64,000 nt of DNA from Candidatus Heimdallarchaeota archaeon (GTDB lineage: Archaea; Asgardarchaeota; Heimdallarchaeia; Heimdallarchaeales; Heimdallarchaeaceae), in contig JAAFKI010000045.1 in NCBI GenBank assembly GCA_021399345.1, positions 115,228 to 179,227 of the forward strand, written 5' to 3'. This document shows, piece after piece, positions 47,744 to 57,269 of this stretch; the stretch's first letter is position 1, and each line of letters starts with the position of its first letter. The notes beneath the pieces are model-generated. The model saw nothing but the letters and a program-made list of their open reading frames with translations. It had not been told where the DNA came from and made no database searches. Made by a program: the position numbers and the translations under genes.

Positions 47744-49765
47744 TTGGATCTTCCTACAGTAACTCTGTCTAAAACAAGGAAATCACAAATAATTTCACAA
47801 CTCTATCTGTATAGAGAAATTAACTTAAAATTGTTTTCTGAGCAGACTGGCGTTGCCATTGTAACAATCAAAGATTATATTCAGTTACTCATTCAAGCTC
47901 TTATTCTGAGGGGGTATTACAGAAAAGACAGGTTTGTTCTAGTATCAGCATACAGGTATCCAAGGGTGAATCCAGGAAGATTAAGTAATCTTAGAAGAAA
48001 TTTGTTAGGAGTACTAGTAAGCAATAAAAAAATCAATATCCATTTTCTTCGCAAAATTTTGAACATTTCTTCTGAGGAACTAATATCGCATCTTCTATTC
48101 CTCACAGTTAGAGGATTATTTATTGGAAGTCTGAAAAATCAAGAGATATCAGTTCAAAAAATATGGGTGCCTTTCGAGAAAGTAAAAATCAGTTCTGATG
48201 ATACATTTATCATAGGAACATGCATGCTTCTGCGAGATGCAGATTTAAGCAAAGTAGCAAAACTAACAGGTTTCACTAAGGATGAAGTATTTAACACAAT
48301 TACCAATCTTATGTTATATAAAAAATTGGAAGCTTCATTTGAAGTTTCTGGAGGAATTGTTGGTTCGAGTAAAATTTCCGTAAACGTCAAAAAGTATCTG
48401 ATTGCTCCCCGCACTTTACCTATGGAAGCTCTTCAAGGTGATGAAAGATCTGTAGTTGGGTACAGTATATTGAAGAAAGAAGCTGATATAGAGGAATTAG
48501 CAAAATATCTTGACAAAAAAGAAAAAGAAGTAGTCAAAATTATTGCCGTCTTAACTGCAAGGGGTACTTTTCAATTTATATTTAATGAAAAAAATAAGAT
48601 AGTACCAATTATCATTCCTGATACACAACCGAATCAAACAATAGAAGAAATGGCTGCATTATCATTTTTCAATTACGAAGCATTGTTTGGTCTATTATCG
48701 ACTCAAGAAAGAATTCCTCTTAGGAAACTTGCTACTTTAATGAATAGAGAAGTTGACGAAGTCTTAGAAGGTGTAATGAATCTATATCTAGAGGGATTTG
48801 TTACTTGTACATTAAAGGGTGCCACAATTCATGTAGATAGCCTCAAAAGGTATAGTAGAACTCAAGAAGGAACCCTTGAAAGATGGGAAAAAATTGTACT
48901 AGGTATGATAATTGCAAAAACATCTATCACCACTAAAGATATCGAGGACGCATTAGGTATTGACAAAAATCATGCTAAAGAAAGAATGTATGGATTTTAT
49001 GGAAAGGGTTTAATCAAAGGCACTATCACAGGAAATAAACTTGAACCTGAAGAAATACCTATATTTCCTCCTTTAGTTCAACTAGATGATCTTCCTATTC
49101 ATTATCAGGAAATTTATGGTTACATTATTTCAAACTCCAGAGTTTCATTTAGGAATATAATGAAATTCTGGGAGAAAACACTTATTGCATCAAAGAACAT
49201 AGTTTACGAATTAACAGGTTCTGGTCTGATGAATATATCTTCACGTGGAAGTACTGTAACAATAGTTTCAAGCCAAAAATTCCTACCAAATAAGCAATTG
49301 AACGAACTAGGTGATATTTACACCAGAACTGTAAATGAGATTGAAAAATCAAGAAGAAAAAGGATTAAGTTAACAACAATTGCAAATTCTGTTGGAATGG
49401 AATCTTTAGATTTGTTCAAAATGTTATGCCAGTTAATCGCCCATGGGTATTATAAAGGAGTTTTAACTTCAGCTTATTTTGAAAGAGTTGGTAAAATAGT
49501 ATTGCCAAAGGGTAAAAATTATTGCCTCAATTGTGGGTATGTAATAAAATCTTCAACTGAACCTTGCGATAATTGTAAACAATTGCATCAGAAGTGTATG
49601 GTTTGTCAAGGATTAATTAAGAAGGGTGATAATGTGAAAGAATGCCCAACTTGTAACAATATTGCTCATGATGATCATTTGGAACAATGGATGAAGATAA
49701 AGCAAGAATGTCCGATATGTAAAACTAGAATTTCGAAAAGAAATCTAAAAAAATATTCAGTATAA
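47744..49765 (+). CDS. multi-winged-helix repeat protein with C-terminal zinc ribbon and RING-like finger (candidate E3-type protein)
   Basis: About eight ~70-75-aa HTH-plus-hairpin units, then CLNC-x10-CDNC (49523-49576) and CMVC-x12-CPTC-x4-H-x2-H-LEQW-x6-CPIC (49595-49720). TTG start; no in-frame ATG for ~160 codons. Confidence 0.8.
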   Translation: MDLPTVTLSKTRKSQIISQLYLYREINLKLFSEQTGVAIVTIKDYIQLLIQALILRGYYRKDRFVLVSAYRYPRVNPGRLSNLRRNLLGVLVSNKKINIHFLRKILNISSEELISHLLFLTVRGLFIGSLKNQEISVQKIWVPFEKVKISSDDTFIIGTCMLLRDADLSKVAKLTGFTKDEVFNTITNLMLYKKLEASFEVSGGIVGSSKISVNVKKYLIAPRTLPMEALQGDERSVVGYSILKKEADIEELAKYLDKKEKEVVKIIAVLTARGTFQFIFNEKNKIVPIIIPDTQPNQTIEEMAALSFFNYEALFGLLSTQERIPLRKLATLMNREVDEVLEGVMNLYLEGFVTCTLKGATIHVDSLKRYSRTQEGTLERWEKIVLGMIIAKTSITTKDIEDALGIDKNHAKERMYGFYGKGLIKGTITGNKLEPEEIPIFPPLVQLDDLPIHYQEIYGYIISNSRVSFRNIMKFWEKTLIASKNIVYELTGSGLMNISSRGSTVTIVSSQKFLPNKQLNELGDIYTRTVNEIEKSRRKRIKLTTIANSVGMESLDLFKMLCQLIAHGYYKGVLTSAYFERVGKIVLPKGKNYCLNCGYVIKSSTEPCDNCKQLHQKCMVCQGLIKKGDNVKECPTCNNIAHDDHLEQWMKIKQECPICKTRISKRNLKKYSV

Positions 49766-49777
49766 TGGTTGATTTTG

Positions 49778-50089
49778 ATGGAACTTCAAAAAATACAAGA
49801 TGAAGTATATAATTTCTTAAAAGATAGAGATTGGTTCAAATATTCTCCAAATGATGTTCTTATTCATCTGTACGAGGAATTAAGTGAAATTGGAAAACAC
49901 CTACTATTCAAATCAAAGTATAAAGAAGAAGGTGGCCATTCAAAGCCAGATGGAGAAGAATTACCAAGGGAATTTGCTCAAGCATTTTCGTTGTTCTTAC
50001 AACTCTGTATTCTGCTAGATGTCGATTTGGAACAAGCGTGGAAAAATGAGATAAAAATAATGAGAGAAAGATTTCCAATAGATAAATAA
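49778..50089 (+). CDS. MazG-like nucleotide pyrophosphohydrolase (small all-alpha NTP-PPase)
   Basis: IQDEVYNFLKDRDWFKYSPNDVLIHLYEELSEIGKHL and EFAQAFSLFLQLCILLDVDLEQA fit the MazG/DCTPP1-type four-helix pattern with an EExxE-like acidic motif. Confidence 0.7.
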   Translation: MELQKIQDEVYNFLKDRDWFKYSPNDVLIHLYEELSEIGKHLLFKSKYKEEGGHSKPDGEELPREFAQAFSLFLQLCILLDVDLEQAWKNEIKIMRERFPIDK

Positions 50090-50116
50090 AAATATCAATT
50101 AGGGAGAAGTTAGTAA

Positions 50117-50851
50117 ATGAGTGACAAAAAGAAGAGCAAACCTCAAACGAAGAAAACCACAAAAAAAATCTTTGTTGATGTTAAAGGGGTATCAAAAAGC
50201 TATCAAATGGGTGAGGTAGAGGTTCAAGCTCTAAAGAATGTGTCACTTGTTTTAGGTTTAGGAGAAATAGTTTCAATTATTGGACCTTCAGGAAGCGGTA
50301 AGACGACTCTTTTGAATGTTATTGGAGCTTTGGATTATGTTGATTCTGGATCCATTAGCATTAATCGGAAAAAATTAAGTTCAATGAGTGATAAAGAATT
50401 AAGCTTTCTTCGAAGAGACACCATAGGTTATATTTTCCAAAATTTTAACTTGCTAGAGGAAATTAATGCTGAAAAAAATATTGAAATGCCTTTAATTCTA
50501 GCGAAGTTAGAAAAAGAAGATCGTAAAAAGAGAGTAGAGGAATTGTTAGAAAGTGTTGATCTTATCGAGAGAAGATCACATAATCCTGATCAACTATCTG
50601 GAGGAGAACAACAAAGAGTTGCAATAGCAAGAGCTTTAGCTAACAACCCAAAATTACTCCTTGCTGATGAACCCACAGGAAATCTAGATTCTATAACAGG
50701 AGAAAAAGTTCTAAAATTACTTATAGACCTAAGTAAAAATCAAAATAAAACACTAATTTATGTTACTCATGACGTAGAATCAGCTACTTTAGCTGATAGA
50801 CAACTATACATGAGTGATGGTAAAATAGTAAAAGATACTTCCACTAAATAG
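50117..50851 (+). CDS. ABC transporter ATP-binding protein (MacB/LolD/FtsE-like stand-alone NBD)
   Basis: Walker [11 protein letters not shown]-loop, signature [15 protein letters not shown], Walker [14 protein letters not shown]-loop VTHD. Confidence 0.92.
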   Translation: MSDKKKSKPQTKKTTKKIFVDVKGVSKSYQMGEVEVQALKNVSLVLGLGEIVSIIGPSGSGKTTLLNVIGALDYVDSGSISINRKKLSSMSDKELSFLRRDTIGYIFQNFNLLEEINAEKNIEMPLILAKLEKEDRKKRVEELLESVDLIERRSHNPDQLSGGEQQRVAIARALANNPKLLLADEPTGNLDSITGEKVLKLLIDLSKNQNKTLIYVTHDVESATLADRQLYMSDGKIVKDTSTK

Positions 50852-50963
50852 AGATAGAGTGTTCTTTTACAATTAGAAATAACTTTTAAAGCTGTTACTT
50901 GACAGAATTATAAAAATAAATTTTATTTGTAAAGAAGTAGAGATTTGAAAGTTAGTGAAAAAA

Positions 50964-52718
50964 ATGGGTTATAAACGCTGGTTTCTGAAACATCTACTAA
51001 AAGAGAAATTACTATCCACAATATTACTAGTATTTCTCTTAGTATTTATTGGAACAGTCTCTATAACCCCATTATTTATAGGGAATATTTTTAATGAATT
51101 AGCTAGTGAAAATAGCTCATTTAAAGCCATAGTGAGTATTGCTTTATTTATCGCAGGGGCGGGAGTAATCAGAGCAGTTGCAGATTTTACACAGAGTTAT
51201 GCAAATGAGGTTTTAGCTCATAAAATTACCAAAAATGTTACTGAAGAATTCTATGGAGATATGCTCGAGAAGAGTCAAGAATTTCACGATAGAATTAGAA
51301 TAGGAGATATAATGGCAAGAGCTACATATGATACACGTCAAATGAATATATTCATTTCTCCTGGAATAAAATTTCTATTTGAGGCAGCTTTTACACTTCT
51401 CTTTTCGGTTTCTCTAATGATTTGGATCAGTCCAAAATTAACACTTCTTCTAGTAGCAGCTCTGCCTTTCTATGTCATAGTAATGTATGATTATAATAAA
51501 AGATTGCGTCCAATTTCTAAAGCTCAAATGGAACAGAATAGTCTTTTGAATGCCAGATTACAAGAAAGTATTACAGGAATCAGAGTGATTAGGGCTTTTG
51601 TGAAAGAAGAGAAAGAGATAAATGAGTTTGATGATGAAACAGATAAATTACGAGATATAAATACTCGAAGAGGAATTCTTAGTGCTCGTTATTTTGGAGT
51701 TGTGGTAACAGTGTTGATCATCTCTTTCAGCTTCTTATGGGGATCATATGAAGTAATTAACGGAGATTTAGCTCTTGGTTATCTGATTACCTATGTCTTT
51801 CTAATGATGACTTTGATGATGCCTACTTGGCAAATTGGTTGGGGGATCACACAATTTCAAATAGGAATGGCAGCTGCAAAAAGAATTTTTGAAATGAAAG
51901 AGAGAGAGGAGTACGTCCCAGAATCTTCATCACCTATAGAATGGCATAGTAAACAAGGAGCAATCAGTTTCATGAATGTCTCTTTCTCTTATAATGGAGG
52001 AAGTAGTAGAAAAAAAGCGCTGAGCAATATAAACCTAGAAGTCCCTGGAGGATCCACTGTAGCAATCATTGGTAATCCAGGATCAGGAAAATCCACACTG
52101 ATAAAATTACTAATGAGACTTTATGATCCCACACAAGGGAGTATATTCATTGATGGGGTTAATATTAAAGACATACTTCTATCCAATCTCAGAGATCACA
52201 TAGGTGTGATTGAACAAGAGGTATTTCTGTTCAGTAAATCAATTAGGGAAAATATAGCATATGGAAAACCAAATGCAACTAAGGAAGAAATAGAAGAAGC
52301 ATCAGAATTAGCACAAGCTCATGAATTCATAATGGGTTTTGAAAAAGGATATAATACAATTATCGGAGAAAGAGGAGTTACCCTTTCGGGGGGACAAAAA
52401 CAAAGAATTGCAATTGCTAGAGCATTGCTAGTTAATCCTTCATTTTTAATTCTTGATGACGCAAGCAGTGCCATAGATGCAGAAACGGAAAGAAAAATCC
52501 AAACTGCAATAGCTAATGTATTAAAAAATCGAACCACCTTTATTATCACACACAGGTTAGCTACAATTAAGCATGCTGACCTAATCATAGTTTTGAGAAA
52601 TGGTTTACTTAAGGACAGTGGATCCCATGATGAACTTATTCTAAGAAATATCGATTACAGAAGATTGTTTGAAAGGTTTTCTGAGCTTCCACCAATGACA
52701 AAAATGGAGGAGAACTAG
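50964..52718 (+). CDS. ABC exporter, fused TMD-NBD half-transporter (MsbA/MdlA-like)
   Basis: Six-helix TMD, then GNPGSGKST, LSGGQKQRIAIARAL and ILDDASSAID. GTG at 50955; ATG at 50964. Confidence 0.92.
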   Translation: MGYKRWFLKHLLKEKLLSTILLVFLLVFIGTVSITPLFIGNIFNELASENSSFKAIVSIALFIAGAGVIRAVADFTQSYANEVLAHKITKNVTEEFYGDMLEKSQEFHDRIRIGDIMARATYDTRQMNIFISPGIKFLFEAAFTLLFSVSLMIWISPKLTLLLVAALPFYVIVMYDYNKRLRPISKAQMEQNSLLNARLQESITGIRVIRAFVKEEKEINEFDDETDKLRDINTRRGILSARYFGVVVTVLIISFSFLWGSYEVINGDLALGYLITYVFLMMTLMMPTWQIGWGITQFQIGMAAAKRIFEMKEREEYVPESSSPIEWHSKQGAISFMNVSFSYNGGSSRKKALSNINLEVPGGSTVAIIGNPGSGKSTLIKLLMRLYDPTQGSIFIDGVNIKDILLSNLRDHIGVIEQEVFLFSKSIRENIAYGKPNATKEEIEEASELAQAHEFIMGFEKGYNTIIGERGVTLSGGQKQRIAIARALLVNPSFLILDDASSAIDAETERKIQTAIANVLKNRTTFIITHRLATIKHADLIIVLRNGLLKDSGSHDELILRNIDYRRLFERFSELPPMTKMEEN

Positions 52719-52719
52719 T

Positions 52720-54597
52720 ATGTCAGAAGAAGATGATTTCAAGAAATCATATGATAGACAATATGGAGATATTGAACTATTAACACGATTTTGGAGATAT
52801 CTGAAAGTATACAAAAAATATCTTCTCTTTATAATAGTAGGTATTTTAGTAACAGCTGTTGTTACTATTCTCCCCCCATCTATGGTTCAAAGTGCTTTTG
52901 AATCTTTGGCAGATAGAACCAAACCTTTCCCTCAAGCAATCGATTTTATGCCAACATCTCTATTCTTATGGAAATTTCAAATAAACTTGTGGAGAGCTGT
53001 TTACCCTTATGCAATTGGATATGTTCTTCTATCGTTATTCTTATGGTTAGCCCAAGTACTTCTAGGGATCGTTGTAACCATTGTTTCACAAAAGATAATC
53101 AAACGTATTCAAATGGAAACCTATGAGAGTTTACAAGAACATGATTTGATGTATTTTGACACGCAGTCAACAGGTCAAATAATGAGCAGAATAACAAATG
53201 ATTCCCAAGAACTGAATGATATGATCAATGTTGTTTCACAGTTTGTAGCTAATTTCTTCATACTATTTGCAGTACTGATATGGATGTTCGTTGTAAATTG
53301 GAGACTGACATTTATCACCCTTGGAATGGCTCCTTTTGTCTTTATTGTTGCTTTTTTCTTCAGAAGAATAACAAGATTAACCACTGGAAAATGGAGAGAA
53401 GCAATTGGAGAAGTGAATGCTTCTTTCCAAGAGAGCGTAGCGGGAATTTCAGTAGCTAAAGCATTTGGAAGAGAAAAGAAATCTAAAGAAGAATTCGAAG
53501 TAATAAATCAAGCAACTTTCTATCATGCGAAGAAAAGAGCATTTGCGGTTATGGGAATCTGGCCCCTTATGGACGGTATAAGCACAATTGGTGTTTTTGG
53601 AATCACTCTTTACGGTAGTTGGTTATTTTTTGGAAATTTGGCTTCATCAGATGTTATTTTATTGTTCCTCCTACTGCTAAATAGATTCTTATATCCTCTT
53701 GTTAGAGTAGCATCTCAGTTTTCAATCATCCAATCTGGTTTCGCAGCTATGGAACGTATTTTCAGTATAGTTGATGCTAAAAAGGAAATTGTTAATCCAG
53801 CTAATCCAATCAGTAAAGAGATGCAAGGACAAATCACTTTCGAGGATGTTTATCATCAATATGTTCAAGGAGAACTTGTATTGAAAGATATCAACCTTAA
53901 GATTCAACCAGGTGAGTCTATAGCTGTCGTTGGCCATACTGGCGCTGGCAAGACCACTATTGCTTCCTTGTTAATGCGGTTTTACGATATTTCCAAAGGT
54001 TCAATTAAAATCGATAATGTTGATATTAGAGAATATGACTTACACAATCTCAGATCTCAGATAGGTTTGGTGAGTCAAGATGTTTTCCTTTTTAGTGGAA
54101 CAGTTTTAGATAATATACGATATGGTAATCCTGAAGCAAGCTTATCTGAAGTTCAAAAGGTGATAGATATTGTATCAGCACAAGAATTTATTGACGCTTT
54201 ACCTGATGGTTTAGAAACTGAATTAGGTGAACGAGGTAAGGGTCTTTCATCTGGACAGCGTCAAATGGTTTCATTTGCTAGAACATTATTAATTGATCCT
54301 AAGATATTAATATTGGACGAAGCTACAGCTGCAGTGGATGCTTACACTGAATGGAAAATCCAAGAAGCACTCGATAAGCTTCTAGCTGACAGAACTTCGA
54401 TAGTAATAGCTCATCGTTTAACAACTATAAAGAATTCAGACAGAATCATAGTTCTTGATCATGGTAAAATAGTTGAAGAAGGTAATCATGAGAGTCTTAT
54501 GAATAAAGGTGAATTATATTCTGAACTTTATGAAACATATTTCAAACATCAATCTGCTGAATGGATTTCAGAAATCAGTGATGTATTTACTGATTAA
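52720..54597 (+). CDS. ABC exporter, fused TMD-NBD half-transporter (MdlB-like partner)
   Basis: TMD, then GHTGAGKTT, LSSGQRQMVSFARTL and ILDEATAAVD. Starts 1 nt after the upstream stop, so a heterodimer pair is likely. Confidence 0.92.
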   Translation: MSEEDDFKKSYDRQYGDIELLTRFWRYLKVYKKYLLFIIVGILVTAVVTILPPSMVQSAFESLADRTKPFPQAIDFMPTSLFLWKFQINLWRAVYPYAIGYVLLSLFLWLAQVLLGIVVTIVSQKIIKRIQMETYESLQEHDLMYFDTQSTGQIMSRITNDSQELNDMINVVSQFVANFFILFAVLIWMFVVNWRLTFITLGMAPFVFIVAFFFRRITRLTTGKWREAIGEVNASFQESVAGISVAKAFGREKKSKEEFEVINQATFYHAKKRAFAVMGIWPLMDGISTIGVFGITLYGSWLFFGNLASSDVILLFLLLLNRFLYPLVRVASQFSIIQSGFAAMERIFSIVDAKKEIVNPANPISKEMQGQITFEDVYHQYVQGELVLKDINLKIQPGESIAVVGHTGAGKTTIASLLMRFYDISKGSIKIDNVDIREYDLHNLRSQIGLVSQDVFLFSGTVLDNIRYGNPEASLSEVQKVIDIVSAQEFIDALPDGLETELGERGKGLSSGQRQMVSFARTLLIDPKILILDEATAAVDAYTEWKIQEALDKLLADRTSIVIAHRLTTIKNSDRIIVLDHGKIVEEGNHESLMNKGELYSELYETYFKHQSAEWISEISDVFTD

Positions 54598-54638
54598 AAA
54601 TACTGGAAGAAAGATACTAAGATAACAGAAATAAATAA

Positions 54639-56060
54639 TTAGATGACGCAAATTCGTTCTTCTTTTGAGTATAGAAATATCATTACATACATTTCCTCTA
54701 GAAGTGAAAAACAAGAATAATTCTGATAAACTTTTGTACTAAATGCATGACCAATTATAGTTTTACCTTCACACCTTATATTTTTCTTCATATCCACTGA
54801 TATGTTTGCTTCAAGAAGTGATGATATTGGTATTCTATTATAATATTGGACACTATTTGGATGATAAAACCATTCAGATCCAGAGTTTTTAGTTGTAGTC
54901 CATGTATAATGGAAGTAATTTTCACCTATATCACAATTTGCCCAGCGCTCATATAGTTCATCTGTTTGAGTTATCTGGAATTCAAGATACATATAACCAT
55001 CATAAGTACCCATATACAAATCTGAAATGTCATATGTATCATTCTCATGTTTTGAATAAAGAAAAACAAAATTATTGTCTCCAAAAGAGCAAATAGAATC
55101 TTGGTGGAAATCAATTATACCTTCTATTTCCACGATTTGACTAGTTTCATAATAACTAGAATTATATACTTCAACAGAATATATCGTAGTATTACCGCTT
55201 ATACTCCCACTATCGTAGAAGAAAGCATTAAAATGGTCATTAGTATAGAAAATTGATAAAGGTATGAATTGATCTTCATCGGTTCCTAATTCAAAGAGAG
55301 TCCAATTTTTATCTTCCCACTCAATAGCCAGAATAGGATAATAGCTAGTACTATTTAGATATCTCTTCCAAATCAAAGCCGTTCTATTTGATTCAATTCT
55401 GAAATCTCCAGGAGTATAATTCTTGTAATCTTTAATTTGTGGAAAAATATCACTAAGAAATACAAAATTACTGTCTTCCTCATAGAAGATTGTTGGTTCT
55501 ATATTTTCTCCCCAACAACGAGAAGCTAATCTAATTTTGTTAAATTGATTGAAATTAAGATTGAACAATTTACCCATAGTCCTTCTAGTGGTGGTATTAT
55601 CAAAAAAAGCAGGAATTACCCATATTTCATTGTTAAGTGTATAATACCGCTCCACCAGAGCGATTTGACCATCATAGAAATACCAGTAAATAAGAGGTGT
55701 TTTATTTTGATCCAAGAATATTCGTAGTTCACGATTATCACCAGAAAATTGTCTCTTAATAAGCTCAAACGTGAAAGAATGATTAGAAAAATCTTGTAGG
55801 TCTAGAAATGCATAAACAGGGCCCCAATTCGAAAAATCATAACTCATAATAGAAAAATGTACTTTATCATCTTCTTCAACAACCAGATCAGAAAAAGTAC
55901 CATTGTTAAATATGGGAGTTGGGTATAAGTAATTAAATGAAGAAGGTTCATTAACTGTATTATCTGGAATAAGGAAAAACACAGGTAACAATATACTTCC
56001 AAGAATAATAATAACCAAAGTAACAGTTATTATAATCCATTTTGTTCTCAAATTAAGCAC
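54639..56060 (-). CDS. exported/membrane-anchored hypothetical protein (473 aa)
   Basis: N-terminal signal-anchor (WIIITVTLVIIILGSILLPVFFLI). Aromatic- and Asn-rich extracellular region with several sequons. No recognised family. Confidence 0.65.
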   Translation of the reverse strand: MLNLRTKWIIITVTLVIIILGSILLPVFFLIPDNTVNEPSSFNYLYPTPIFNNGTFSDLVVEEDDKVHFSIMSYDFSNWGPVYAFLDLQDFSNHSFTFELIKRQFSGDNRELRIFLDQNKTPLIYWYFYDGQIALVERYYTLNNEIWVIPAFFDNTTTRRTMGKLFNLNFNQFNKIRLASRCWGENIEPTIFYEEDSNFVFLSDIFPQIKDYKNYTPGDFRIESNRTALIWKRYLNSTSYYPILAIEWEDKNWTLFELGTDEDQFIPLSIFYTNDHFNAFFYDSGSISGNTTIYSVEVYNSSYYETSQIVEIEGIIDFHQDSICSFGDNNFVFLYSKHENDTYDISDLYMGTYDGYMYLEFQITQTDELYERWANCDIGENYFHYTWTTTKNSGSEWFYHPNSVQYYNRIPISSLLEANISVDMKKNIRCEGKTIIGHAFSTKVYQNYSCFSLLEEMYVMIFLYSKEERICVI

Positions 56061-56353
56061 CCCAAGTTTCTAGCAATAGAAAATCAGCGCACCAACACTT
56101 ATAATGGTTTTGAAAATAAGCATTTCAAAAAACCAATAAGATCTATTGCATTTTAATGCAAAAGCATATGTCTTCTAATATCAACCACCTTTTTAGAAGA
56201 GTGTAGAGCTTACTCCTTAGTAGTCTAGATATGTTACTCCACCTTATTAGAAAACCCTTTCTCATATAATACTCCCAGCTTACATTAATAATACACTCAA
56301 ACTTTTATTGTTTGAAAAAACAATTTTATAGCTCTACGAGAAAATAGTGAATA

Positions 56354-56749
56354 ATGATAAAAATAGTTATCCTAGTTGGAAGCATGATTACACTTGGATT
56401 TGCTGTTTGGCATTTTCTAGTTCCTTGGAAACATAAGTGGTCTAATTACATGCCTAACATCTCTAAGGATTTAGAAAATTCAATTAAAGCTACAAATTTC
56501 TTCTTCGCTCTTTCATTACTACTACTGGGAAGTTTGTCCTTAATAGTTACAAGCTGGTTATGGGAAGATACTCTAATTGTAAAAATAGTATTAGTAATGA
56601 TGTCTATTCTATGGACTGCTAGAGTTGTTTATCAAATCATTAAACCACAAGGAAAGATGCTTCAGCACGTCTCCACAATAATATTAGGAACCTATATCAT
56701 AACAGATCTGTTGTTCGTTATCCCAATGTTCATCGTATTCTTCAAATAA
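56354..56749 (+). CDS. small membrane protein (about 4 TM)
   Basis: 131 aa with four hydrophobic segments. Confidence 0.6.
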   Translation: MIKIVILVGSMITLGFAVWHFLVPWKHKWSNYMPNISKDLENSIKATNFFFALSLLLLGSLSLIVTSWLWEDTLIVKIVLVMMSILWTARVVYQIIKPQGKMLQHVSTIILGTYIITDLLFVIPMFIVFFK

Positions 56750-56802
56750 TTTAGAAATGTTAATATAGAAAGCAAGGTGTTAGAAATAATAGAGATGATA
56801 TT

Positions 56803-57183
56803 ATGCCTCGTCCAGCAGCTTTCTTAGGCGGAGCTTTAACAGCTATAGGTATTTTTGGTGTTATTATTTCGATAGTCCAGTTAACAGATAAGTATTGGTG
56901 GCTACTGTTTTATCTAGCTATAGGGATAATTGGTGGTTTCTCCCTTGGATCAGTTTCAGCATCTTTCAAAGAGCAAGAAAAGAATGCTTATTTGACGCTA
57001 ACCGGATTTATGCTAGCAGCATTAATTTTGTTAACTGTTTTTCTAGGGATATGGCAAAACAGTAATCCTGCTTTAAACACCGAATTAAGCGGTATTTGGG
57101 TAATTATCATTGCCGCAGCTTCAGGTTTAGTCACATTTATTGGAACGACTTTAATGTCAGTTGGCGAAGGTTTCAAAAGATAA
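56803..57183 (+). CDS. small membrane protein (about 4 TM)
   Basis: 126 aa with four hydrophobic, Gly-rich segments. Confidence 0.6.
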   Translation: MPRPAAFLGGALTAIGIFGVIISIVQLTDKYWWLLFYLAIGIIGGFSLGSVSASFKEQEKNAYLTLTGFMLAALILLTVFLGIWQNSNPALNTELSGIWVIIIAAASGLVTFIGTTLMSVGEGFKR

Positions 57184-57269
57184 TTTTCTCGTTAACACTT
57201 CCACAATCTTTTTTTTCCCATAAGACTTAATATCTTCTAAGTAACTATAATATTAAAAAAAAGAGAACG

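Noticed and set aside
56146-56161. Perfect short palindrome TTGCATT-TT-AATGCAA in the 293-bp spacer. Loosely repeated TACTCC / AGCTTAC words lie at 56207-56283.
   Set aside because: A 7-bp arm is expected by chance in AT-rich DNA, and the word repeats are short and imperfect. It could be an operator site, but there is no support beyond its presence. It does not resemble an ORB/mini-ORB origin array.
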